From assembly GCA_948443805.1 (NCBI GenBank), contig CAOJUB010000005.1, positions 8,393 through 72,392 on the forward strand: DNA of 64,000 nucleotides, read 5' to 3'. The notes under the pieces were generated by a model. It searched no databases. It was not told the origin of the DNA and worked only from the letters and a program-made list of their open reading frames with translations. Position numbers and translations under genes: made by a program. Position 1 is the stretch's first letter. The number at the start of each line of letters is the position of its first letter. The stretch comes from an uncultured Clostridia bacterium. GTDB lineage: Bacteria > Bacillota > Clostridia > Oscillospirales > UBA644. This document shows, in pieces, positions 17,656 to 25,008 of this stretch.

Positions 17656-18858
17656 TCAGTTTTTATTTATTTCTACCCATTCTCCAATCGCATAAGGCAG
17701 GTTGCTCCATTTGGCGAGATAACGGGCGATAACAACCGCTTCGGCGGCTTCGGGAACGCCGTTTTGGTTGAGGTCGCAGGCTTTCTCGTCAATTTCAATG
17801 TCCCATTTTGCGAGAAAGCGGGAAAGCAGAACTTTGTCTGTGGTAGTGACCTTTCCGTCGCCGTCGGCATCGCCGAGCATTTTTGTTTCCGGCAGTATCG
17901 GCGAGGGGGTTCCGGTTGTCCGGAAAGTTTTTTGTCCGCTTCGATATTCTTTTCCGCCGTAGACAAAAAAGGTCTGATAGGTATATTCGGTTCCGGCAGT
18001 CAGCCGGCAGCCGGTTTCTTTCAGGTCAAATATGGCGTTTTCTGCTGCGGCGTTGATTGGCTTGGCAAATCGTTCCATCTGGTTTGTTTCCTTTCCCAGA
18101 TAAAAACCGATTTCCGAGCACTGCACGCTGGTGTGGCTTTGCCAGAGAATCGCATTGTCATCGGTTATGCCAACGGCGCCTACGCCGAAAAATTCCGGCG
18201 GTTTCGGCCGGCTGGCTTTCGGCTGCGGCACATAGGCCTGCGTGAGCTTGTGTTCGTGCAGATGATCGGTCAGGGATCGATAACAGGATTCACTCGGATA
18301 ATGCCCCGTAGCGATCTTGTAAATATCCTGCACGTTATTGGACCAGAGCCCCGGCGCTACGTCGAGGACGACAAATCCGGATTCCTCCAGCCTATCCAGC
18401 GGACCGACATAACCGATCAGCAGAGAGGTATGCAGCATTTGGTTGGAACAAATGACGATCGGTTTTCCTTTCATCAGATTCCGGTAAAGATTCTCCAGCG
18501 AAACGTCCGGTAATTCCATCCAGTTATCCGGCGGAATATGTTTATATTGGCCGACATGGCCGTCTTTGTCAATCGGGGCGTCGAGCATTTCAAGCGCCAG
18601 GTTATAAACCGGCGTCTGCCAGGAATAGTCTTTCCCGAATTCATAGGTCACGCCGCCATAAGACCCCCGCAGATAGGCCTCTGCAGAGGCAAACGATGCA
18701 ATCACGCAGCCCCAGCTACTCTGGGTGACCCGGGGAACTTCAAGGACGATGTCCGGATAGATTTCTTTTTCAAAAAACGGTTTGGCGGAAATGCTGTTTC
18801 CGCTGACAAGAATCAAAGCAAGAAAAACAGCCATAAAAGAGAACCACTTTTTTTTCAT
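17656..18858 (-). CDS. Secreted dockerin-bearing papain-fold cysteine-peptidase-domain protein, copy 2 (head type B, tail type 2)
   Basis: Same architecture as copy 1. Head motifs: ..PRVTQSSWGCVIASFASAEAY.., ..MLHTSLLIGY... Tail: ..GKETNQMERFAKPIN.. plus a dockerin (GDADGDGKVTTTDKVLL.. / CDLNQNGVPEAAEAVVIARY..). Confidence 0.7.
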   Translation of the reverse strand: MKKKWFSFMAVFLALILVSGNSISAKPFFEKEIYPDIVLEVPRVTQSSWGCVIASFASAEAYLRGSYGGVTYEFGKDYSWQTPVYNLALEMLDAPIDKDGHVGQYKHIPPDNWMELPDVSLENLYRNLMKGKPIVICSNQMLHTSLLIGYVGPLDRLEESGFVVLDVAPGLWSNNVQDIYKIATGHYPSESCYRSLTDHLHEHKLTQAYVPQPKASRPKPPEFFGVGAVGITDDNAILWQSHTSVQCSEIGFYLGKETNQMERFAKPINAAAENAIFDLKETGCRLTAGTEYTYQTFFVYGGKEYRSGQKTFRTTGTPSPILPETKMLGDADGDGKVTTTDKVLLSRFLAKWDIEIDEKACDLNQNGVPEAAEAVVIARYLAKWSNLPYAIGEWVEINKN

Positions 18859-18914
18859 TGGTCAATTCCTTTCTTTTTTTGCTTTAAGCAGAGGTTTTTC
18901 ATCAGAAAAACATT

Positions 18915-20132
18915 TTAATTTTCCACTATTTCTACCCATTCACCAACGGCGTATGGCAGGTTGTTCCATTTGGCGAGATAGCGGGCGATAACAACCGCTT
19001 CGGCGGCTTCGGGAACGCCGTTTTGGTTGAGGTCGCAGGCTTTCTCGTCAATTTCAATGTCCCATTTTGCGAGAAAGCGGGAAAGCAGAACTTTGTCTGT
19101 GGTAGTGACCTTTCCGTCGCCGTCGGCGTCGCCGAGCATTTTCGTTTCCGGCAGTATCGGCGAGGGGGTTCCGGTTGTCCGGAAAGTTTTTTGTTCGCTT
19201 ACATATTCTTTTCCTCCGTAGACAAAGAAGGTCTGATAGGTATATTCGGTTCCGGCAGTCAGTCGGCAGCCGGTTTCTTTCAGGTCAAATGTTGCGTTTT
19301 CTGCTGCGGCGTTGATTGGCTTGGCAAATCGTTCCATCTGGTTTGTTTCCTTTCCCAGATAAAAACCGATTTCCGAGCACTGCACGCTGGTGTGGCTTTG
19401 CCAGAGAATCGCATTGTCATCGGTTATGCCAACGGCGCCTACGCCGAAAAATTCCGGCGGTTTCGGCCGGCTGGCTTTCGGCTGCGGCACATAGGCCTGC
19501 GTGAGCTTGTGTTCGTGCAGCAAATGGTCACTCAGCGACAGATAACAGGAATTCTCCGGGTAACTGTCTGTTCCGATTTTTTCGATATCCTGGATATTAT
19601 TCACGTTATTTCCCCAGGGACCCAATCCAACGTCAAGAACAACGAAACCCGATTCCTCTAAAGAGTCATAAGGGCCGACATAGCCGATCAGCAGGGAGGT
19701 GTGCCCCAATTTTTCCGAGCAGATGACAATCGGTTTTCCCTTCATCAGATTTTTGTAGAGGTTGTCCAGCGATATATCGCTTAATTCGACCCAGTTATCC
19801 GGCGGAATTTTTTTATAGCCGTCGACGATGCCGTCCGGACCGACAGCTTCTGCATCCATCATGTCAAGCATCAGGTCGTAAAGCGGTGTCTGCCAGGGGT
19901 AGTCTTTCCCGAATTCATAGGTCACGCCGCCGTAAGACCCCCGCAGGTAGGCTTCCGCAGAAGCAAACGACGCAATCACGCAGCCATTGCTGCTTTGCAC
20001 GATCCTCGGAACTTCCAGAATGACTTCCGGATAAATTTCTCTTTCAAAAAACGGTTTAGCGGAAATTCCGTTTCCGCAGAAAAGGACAAGGGCAAGGAAA
20101 ACAGCAACGAGACAAATCTGTTTTTTCTTCAT
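18915..20132 (-). CDS. Secreted dockerin-bearing papain-fold cysteine-peptidase-domain protein, copy 3 (head type A, tail type 2)
   Basis: The head resembles copy 1 (..FEREIYPEVILEVPRIVQSSNGCVIAS.., ..DYPWQTPLYDLMLDMM..). The tail is nearly identical to copy 2 at the nucleotide level. Confidence 0.7.
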   Translation of the reverse strand: MKKKQICLVAVFLALVLFCGNGISAKPFFEREIYPEVILEVPRIVQSSNGCVIASFASAEAYLRGSYGGVTYEFGKDYPWQTPLYDLMLDMMDAEAVGPDGIVDGYKKIPPDNWVELSDISLDNLYKNLMKGKPIVICSEKLGHTSLLIGYVGPYDSLEESGFVVLDVGLGPWGNNVNNIQDIEKIGTDSYPENSCYLSLSDHLLHEHKLTQAYVPQPKASRPKPPEFFGVGAVGITDDNAILWQSHTSVQCSEIGFYLGKETNQMERFAKPINAAAENATFDLKETGCRLTAGTEYTYQTFFVYGGKEYVSEQKTFRTTGTPSPILPETKMLGDADGDGKVTTTDKVLLSRFLAKWDIEIDEKACDLNQNGVPEAAEAVVIARYLAKWNNLPYAVGEWVEIVEN

Positions 20133-20191
20133 TGGTCAATTCCTTTCTTTTTTGTTTTAGACAGTGCAGTGTTTTGTTCAAAAAGATATTT

Positions 20192-21394
20192 TCAGCTTTC
20201 TATGAATTCTGCCCATTCGCCAACGGCGTATGGGAGGTTGCTCCATTTTGCGAGATACCGGGCGATGACGACTGCTTCGGCGGCTTCGAGAGTTCCGTTC
20301 CTGTTCAGGTCGCAGGCCTTTTCGTCAATTGCAATGTCCCATTTTGCAAGGAAACGGGAGAGCAGCACCTTGTCTGTGGAGGTAACCTTTCCGTTTCCGT
20401 CGGCGTCTCCGAGCATTTTTGTTTCCGGTAAGGTCTCCGGCGGCGTTCCGGTTGTCCGGAAAGTTTTTTGTTCGCTTACATATTCTTTTCCTCCGTAGAC
20501 AAAGAAGGTCTGATAAGTATATTCGGTTCCGGCAGTCAGCCGGCAGCCGGTTTCTTTGAGGTCAAACGCGGCGTTTTCGGAGGCAGTGCCAGTTTGTTCG
20601 GCGTATCGTTTCATATTCTCCGCGTTTGTTCCGAGGTAAAAGCCGATTTCCGAGCACTGCACGCTGGTGTGGCTTTGCCAGAGAATCGCGTTGTCTTTTG
20701 TGATACTGACGATGCCTGTGCAGAAAAACTCCGGCGGTTTCGGCCGGCTGGCTTTGGGCTGCGGCACATAGGCCTGCGTGAGCTTGTTGCCGTACAGATG
20801 ATCGGTCAGGGATCGATAACAGGATTCGCTCGGATAATGCCCCGTAGCGATTTTGTAAATATCCTGCACGTTATTGGACCAATATCCCGGCGCTACGTCG
20901 AGGACGACAAATCCGGATTCCTCCAGCCTATCCAGCGGTCCGACATAACCGATCAGCAGAGAGGTATGCGGCATTTGGTTGGAACAAATGACGATCGGTT
21001 TTCCTTTCATCAGATTTCGGTAGAGATTCTCCAGCGAAACGTCCGGTAATTCCATCCAGTTATCCGGTGGAACATGTTTATTTGAGCCAACATGGCCGCT
21101 TTCGTCAATCGGGGCGTCGAGCATTTCAAGCGCCAGGTTGTAAACCGGCGTCTGCCAGGAATAGTCTTTCCCGAATTCATAGGTCACGCCGCCATAAGAC
21201 CCCCGCAGATAGGCCTCTGCAGAGGCAAACGACGCAATCACGCAGCCTGAGCTGCTCTGGGTAACCCGGGGAACTTCAAGGACGATGTCCGGATAGATTC
21301 CTTTTTCAAAAAACGGTTTGGCGGAAATTCCGTTTCCACAGAAAAGGGCAAGGGCGAGAAAAACAGCCGAAAAAGAGATCCACTTTTTTTTCAT
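20192..21394 (-). CDS. Secreted dockerin-bearing papain-fold cysteine-peptidase-domain protein, copy 4 (head type B, tail type 1)
   Basis: Start at the ATG at 21394 (SD GAAAGGAAC) rather than the 21463 ORF start. The head is nearly identical to copy 2. The tail resembles copy 1 (..GTNAENMKRYAEQTG.., DGNGKVTSTD, NRNGTLEAAEA). Confidence 0.7.
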   Translation of the reverse strand: MKKKWISFSAVFLALALFCGNGISAKPFFEKGIYPDIVLEVPRVTQSSSGCVIASFASAEAYLRGSYGGVTYEFGKDYSWQTPVYNLALEMLDAPIDESGHVGSNKHVPPDNWMELPDVSLENLYRNLMKGKPIVICSNQMPHTSLLIGYVGPLDRLEESGFVVLDVAPGYWSNNVQDIYKIATGHYPSESCYRSLTDHLYGNKLTQAYVPQPKASRPKPPEFFCTGIVSITKDNAILWQSHTSVQCSEIGFYLGTNAENMKRYAEQTGTASENAAFDLKETGCRLTAGTEYTYQTFFVYGGKEYVSEQKTFRTTGTPPETLPETKMLGDADGNGKVTSTDKVLLSRFLAKWDIAIDEKACDLNRNGTLEAAEAVVIARYLAKWSNLPYAVGEWAEFIES

Positions 21395-21434
21395 TGGTCG
21401 GTTCCTTTCTTTTTGTTCGCTGAAATTTTCTTTC

Positions 21435-21463
21435 ATTGTATCAAAAAAAAATCTTTTTGTCAA
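21435..21463 (-). promoter_or_regulatory. Candidate promoter of the four-gene array
   Basis: Minus strand: TTGACA (21463-21458), 17 nt, TACAAT (21440-21435), about 40 nt upstream of the copy-4 ATG. Confidence 0.55.
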
Positions 21464-21506
21464 GACCCGTTTTTTGTTTGAAAATTAGGGTTTTTGGCAT
21501 ATTTTA

Positions 21507-21533
21507 GGCCGTTTCCCAATTGGGGAAACGGCC
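21507..21533 (-). terminator. Hairpin downstream of ypeB (possible terminator; weak U-tract)
   Basis: GGCCGTTTCCC-AATT-GGGGAAACGGCC forms an 11-12-bp stem about 35 nt after the ypeB stop. No clean T-run follows on the minus strand. Confidence 0.4.
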
Positions 21534-21566
21534 TTGCTTGCCCGGAATGATTTCGGGGAACGGTTG

Positions 21567-22976
21567 TCAGGAAAGATATTGTCCTCTGTCGTCATCGTTA
21601 AAAATGGCGATTTTTTCTTCCCGGCCGTTTTCGGCATTGATATAGACCAGGATGGTTTTGCCGTCGTCAGAAACGGTTTTGAATTCATAGCAGAAATTTT
21701 CGTAATTTCCGTCGGAGAATATCACCGCCTGCCGGCATTCCTGCTCGGTCAGCCGGTCGCTGAGCGTTTTTGCGGCTTCCTGCTGAGAAATTCCGCGGTT
21801 AAAGGAACGAACCAGTTTTTTATTCATCAGATATTCCGAGGTTTCGATAAAGACGATTTCTCCATTATCCAGCGCGACGCCGACCGAGATTTTTTCGGTG
21901 TAGATAATGACGCCGTCCCGCTGCGGAGCAAAAACCAGATTCAGGATATTGCCGTCGATTGTCCGGAATACGGGGAGAAAATCAGTAAATCCGCTGCGGG
22001 AAAGAAATTCCGAAGCGTTTTTGATCGCATCGTCGTCCGAAACGGTCAGGTCTCCGATTTCCCGGTTCCGGGAAAGGGTTTGCAGCAGTCCGCCTTTTTT
22101 CGTGACCGAAACCGCCCACTGGTTTTCCGTATCGGCAAAGGCGTAGCAGTACAGGCCGTTGCCGTCTACTTCTCCGGTTTTGTACAAATTTTCCGCCGGA
22201 ATTCCGATGGCGGCTGCCGCTTTGTTTTTTGCGTCTTCTTCACTGATTTCAGAAAACCCGTCGATATATTCAGAATGCCGGTCTTTCATATGGTCGGAAA
22301 AAAGTCCGTCGTAAACGAGTTTTGCGTCTTTGCTAAAAGAAAGTTCCAGCTTTTCAAGCGGATTCCCGGTTTCTTCTTCCTGTCCGCCGCCGCTGTTGCT
22401 TTCTCCCCCTGCCGCTAGGGTTTCCACTGCGTCTTCGGATTCTTCTACCTTGCGTTTGAGCATTTCTGTCAGTTCCTTGTATCCGGCGCCGTCATTCATG
22501 ATGGTTTGCTGCAATTCCTGCATTTCGGCGGAAAGCTGCCCTGCCGTTTTTCCCAATTGCTGCAGATTTTTTTGTTCTTCTTCTGTGATTTCTTCACCGC
22601 TGACCGCTTTTTTTGCCAGATAAAAGGCATATTCACCGACCTGGTTGAGATAGCGTGAGGTGTTGGTCATGGTCAGGTCGTAGACCGGAAGCTGTTCCAG
22701 CGCGACCTTTGCGCTTCCCGCTTCGAGCCAGACGTTCGCCGCAAGGATCATTGCCTGGTAAGGCGTTGTTGCATAAGCGCCTTTTTGCAGCGTAATATCG
22801 ATGGTGTTCAGGGAATCGGCAAGCGATGCGAAATTGGCCCGGTAAGGCGCGGACATTTTTTGCTGGTTGTCGTGGATTTCCATTTTGCCCTGTATGACAA
22901 AACCGCCGAGAACGACCGCTGCGGTGATCAGATAAGAGAGGATCACGACAAAATATTTTTTCTTTATTCTCATCAT
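21567..22976 (-). CDS. ypeB: Germination/sporulation protein YpeB-like (N-terminal membrane anchor, C-terminal PepSY-type domains)
   Basis: Start at the ATG at 22976 (SD GAAGGAAG). One TM segment is present. ..YRANFASLADSLNTIDITL.., ..WLEAGSAKVALEQLPV.., ..LNQVGEYAFYLAKK.. parallel the YpeB N-domain. The C-terminal ..FCYEFKTVSDDGKTILVYINAENGREEKI.. is PepSY-like. Confidence 0.7.
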   Translation of the reverse strand: MMRIKKKYFVVILSYLITAAVVLGGFVIQGKMEIHDNQQKMSAPYRANFASLADSLNTIDITLQKGAYATTPYQAMILAANVWLEAGSAKVALEQLPVYDLTMTNTSRYLNQVGEYAFYLAKKAVSGEEITEEEQKNLQQLGKTAGQLSAEMQELQQTIMNDGAGYKELTEMLKRKVEESEDAVETLAAGGESNSGGGQEEETGNPLEKLELSFSKDAKLVYDGLFSDHMKDRHSEYIDGFSEISEEDAKNKAAAAIGIPAENLYKTGEVDGNGLYCYAFADTENQWAVSVTKKGGLLQTLSRNREIGDLTVSDDDAIKNASEFLSRSGFTDFLPVFRTIDGNILNLVFAPQRDGVIIYTEKISVGVALDNGEIVFIETSEYLMNKKLVRSFNRGISQQEAAKTLSDRLTEQECRQAVIFSDGNYENFCYEFKTVSDDGKTILVYINAENGREEKIAIFNDDDRGQYLS

Positions 22977-23249
22977 CAAAAACTTCCTTCTGTCTTTTTT
23001 TTGTATTTTTTCCTGAAACGTCCGGTTTTATACGAAATGAAAAAAAGGAAGAGAAAACTCCAGGTTTTTTCGGTGGAGAATGTGGGGGAACGAAGCGTCG
23101 CCGGTTTTGTTTTAACCAAAAAAACGGTTTTTGTCTGTCCGGAAGAGGGGGCTGTTTTTTTTATTATTTATTGTTTGGGAACGGAGACGGCGGCCGGATT
23201 TGCGTTTGGTGTTTACAAAGATTTCATAATTGAAAAGGCCGGAAAGCGG

Positions 23250-23278
23250 TTGACAAAAGGCGAAAAAAAAGGTATAAT
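23250..23278 (+). promoter_or_regulatory. Perfect consensus promoter with no protein-coding gene behind it
   Basis: TTGACA (23250-23255), 17 nt, TATAAT (23273-23278). Confidence 0.6.
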
Positions 23279-23284
23279 AATAGC

Positions 23285-23438
23285 GGTCACAGAATTCCCC
23301 GCAAGCGGGGAGACCGGATTTTGCCCAAACGGTTCGGGTTTGGTTCTGTAACTGCCACTTATTTCTCATATTTTGTTGTGTGTTTGGGTGTTTACAAGAG
23401 TTGTTATGGAGTTTTCTCTATAACAACTTTTGTCTTTT
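23285..23438 (+). ncRNA. Candidate ~150-nt structured small RNA or orphan riboswitch-like element (family not recognised)
   Basis: Long-range stem GCGGTCACAGAA (23283-23294) / TTCTGTAACTGC (23344-23355) encloses the hairpins CCCCG-CAAG-CGGGG and CCAAAC-GGTTCGG-GTTTGG. It ends in an intrinsic terminator: GTTGTTATGGAG-tttt-CTCTATAACAAC plus TTTTGTCTTTT (23400-23438). Confidence 0.35.
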
Positions 23439-23545
23439 CGGGAAAAATGGAGGGAACCATCGGTGTTCTCTCTTTGTTTTTTTTCGGCAGAAAAAGCGAA
23501 CGGCGGCTTTTTAAAATAAGTTAGAAAAAGTTTTCTATTATTTCA

Positions 23546-23574
23546 TTGACTAAAAGAAAGATGTATGATACAAT
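23546..23574 (+). promoter_or_regulatory. pur operon promoter
   Basis: TTGACT (23546-23551), 17 nt, TACAAT (23569-23574), with a TG extension (TGATACAAT). Confidence 0.6.
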
Positions 23575-23593
23575 AAAAACGTAATTTCTATGG

Positions 23594-23706
23594 TTTCTGT
23601 GACTGACGGAGAAGCGGGGTTTAACCCGCGGGGGAGCAGAGTGACAACCGATTTTGCCGACCGTCTGGGCAGTTCTGTTTTGAATGTACGGGACTGCCTT
23701 TTTTAT
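23594..23706 (+). promoter_or_regulatory. ZTP (ZMP/ZTP, pfl-motif) riboswitch with an intrinsic terminator expression platform
   Basis: 5' sub-domain GUGACUGACGGA..GCGGGGUUUAACCCGC..GGGGAGCAGAG. After a linker comes the 3' sub-domain CCGACCGUCUGGGCA. The GACGG/CCGUC pairing is a compensatory variant of the usual GGCGG/CCGCC pseudoknot. Terminator GGCAGT..ACTGCC + T7 (23668-23706) overlaps the CUGGGCA element. Confidence 0.8.
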
Positions 23707-23744
23707 TTTCTCCGCCGGGTTTTGAAGAGAGGAAGGAAAAACAG

Positions 23745-24242
23745 ATGAAAAAAGTGGCGATCGTTATGGGGAGCGACAGTGATCTTCCGGTAGTGGAAAA
23801 AGCTTTTTCGGTTCTGGAAGAACTGCATGTCCCGTTTGAAGTTTTTGTTTATTCTGCGCACCGGACGCCGGCAGAGGCGAAAGCGCTCAGTGAAAATGCG
23901 CGGAAAAACGGCTTCGGCGCGATCCTTGCCGCAGCCGGGAAGGCGGCGCATTTAGCCGGCGCGCTTGCTGCGAACACCACGCTGCCCGTGATTGGAATTC
24001 CGGTTAAGTCTTCTACTTTTGACGGGATGGATGCGCTTCTTTCCACCGTGCAGATGCCGGGCGGAATCCCGGTGGCCTGCGTTGCGGTCGACGGCGCGGA
24101 AAACGCGGCGCTGCTGGCGGCGGAAATTCTTTCGGTTTCAGAGCCGGAATTGGCGGACAGGCTGGATTGCCGCAGAAAAAAAGCAGCGGAAAAAGTTTTG
24201 GAAAAAAATCAATCGGTTCATGATACCTATTCAAAATTTTAA
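23745..24242 (+). CDS. purE: N5-carboxyaminoimidazole ribonucleotide mutase (class I PurE signature)
   Basis: 165 aa with ..[13 protein letters not shown].. and ..YSAHRTP.. (the SAHR motif of class I enzymes), then ..PVIGIPV.., ..[14 protein letters not shown]... Confidence 0.9.
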   Translation: MKKVAIVMGSDSDLPVVEKAFSVLEELHVPFEVFVYSAHRTPAEAKALSENARKNGFGAILAAAGKAAHLAGALAANTTLPVIGIPVKSSTFDGMDALLSTVQMPGGIPVACVAVDGAENAALLAAEILSVSEPELADRLDCRRKKAAEKVLEKNQSVHDTYSKF

Positions 24243-24255
24243 GGGGGAACAGAAG

Positions 24256-24966
24256 ATGAAAAAGACGGTACAGCTGTATGAGGGCAAGGCAAAAAAAGTT
24301 TTTGCTACGGACGATGACGCGCTTTGCATTGTGGATTATAAGGATGACGCCACCGCATTTAACGGCGTGAAAAAGGGGACGATTCTCGGAAAGGGCGCAA
24401 TCAATAACCGCGTGACGAATCATTTGATGAAACTGCTGGAAAGCAAGGGGATTCCGACACATTTTGTCGAGGAACTGTCCGACCGGGAAACGGTGGTAAA
24501 AAAGGTTACGATCGTGCCTCTTGAAGTGATTGTCCGTAATATTGCAGCCGGCTCTCTGGCAAAAAGACTGGGGCTGGAAGAGGGAACAAAAATGAACCGT
24601 ACGGTTCTTGAATATTGTTATAAAGACGATGATCTTGGCGATCCGATGGTCAATGAATACCATATTCTGGCGATGGATTTTGCAACAGAAGAAGAATTGA
24701 AGCTGATTGCCGACTATTCGCTGAAAATCAACCAGATTCTCAGTGAGTATCTTAAAGAAGTCAATATTGAATTGATCGATTTTAAACTGGAATTCGGAAA
24801 AACGGCCGACGGAACGATTGTCCTTGCGGATGAAATTTCTCCGGATACCTGCCGGTTCTGGGATTCGGTTAGCCATGAAAAACTGGATAAAGACCGTTTC
24901 AGAAGAGACCTGGGCGGCGTGGAAGACGCATATAATGAAATCCTGAAACGGCTTCTCGGTGAATAA
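24256..24966 (+). CDS. purC: Phosphoribosylaminoimidazole-succinocarboxamide (SAICAR) synthase
   Basis: Start at the ATG at 24256 (SD AAGGGGGAA). Motifs: [16 protein letters not shown].., ..[13 protein letters not shown].., ..[14 protein letters not shown].., ..[10 protein letters not shown]... Confidence 0.9.
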   Translation: MKKTVQLYEGKAKKVFATDDDALCIVDYKDDATAFNGVKKGTILGKGAINNRVTNHLMKLLESKGIPTHFVEELSDRETVVKKVTIVPLEVIVRNIAAGSLAKRLGLEEGTKMNRTVLEYCYKDDDLGDPMVNEYHILAMDFATEEELKLIADYSLKINQILSEYLKEVNIELIDFKLEFGKTADGTIVLADEISPDTCRFWDSVSHEKLDKDRFRRDLGGVEDAYNEILKRLLGE

Positions 24967-25008
24967 TTCCGTTTGCAGAAGCAGAAAGAGAAAGGAAAAT
25001 TTTCTGAT

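Larger units (their letters stand above)
16396..21394 (-). repeat. Tandem array of four paralogous genes (about 1.2-kb units, 48-59 bp spacers)
   Basis: The copies are visibly colinear. 17701-18261 matches 18960-19520, and 18261-18858 matches 20797-21394, both without indels. A 44-nt block is identical in all four copies (16847-16890, 18107-18150, 19366-19409, 20643-20686). Confidence 0.9.

Noticed and set aside
16396-21463. The possibility that the regular ~1.2-kb periodicity reflects a CRISPR array, satellite or assembly duplication.
   Set aside because: Each unit is a full-length ORF with a signal peptide, an SD and conserved domains. The units differ by many substitutions in a structured (mosaic) way. 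Assembly collapse or expansion cannot be excluded without reads, but the sequence itself is consistent with real paralogues.
23297-23342. Guanidine-II (mini-ykkC) interpretation of the two small hairpins in the orphan RNA.
   Set aside because: Only the second hairpin can present an ACGG loop, and only with a bulge. The first has a CAAG loop. No guanidine-related gene follows.
22785-23351. 188-aa ORF on the plus strand spanning the ypeB start and the intergenic region, and the 67-aa ORF at 23321-23524, including a possible 25-codon peptide (23447-23524, MEGTIGVLSLFFFGRKSERRLFKIS).
   Set aside because: There are no SD sequences or only very weak ones. The ORFs overlap promoter and terminator elements and their composition is typical of non-coding T-rich DNA. 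The 25-codon peptide could conceivably be a small hydrophobic toxin-like product, but nothing beyond hydrophobicity supports it.
23580-23745. Purine (guanine/adenine) riboswitch or PurR box upstream of purE.
   Set aside because: The conserved purine-aptamer three-way-junction sequences are absent. The leader instead matches the ZTP (pfl) motif.
23992-24255. N-terminal extensions in the ORF track for purC (23992), purF (24973), AICARFT (28900), nagA (37119), the kinase-like gene (41382), accB (48027), fabZ (48560), the MFS gene (57626) and array copy 4 (21463).
   Set aside because: The extensions overlap upstream genes or lack SD sequences. Internal ATGs with good SD sequences give N-termini that match the respective families.
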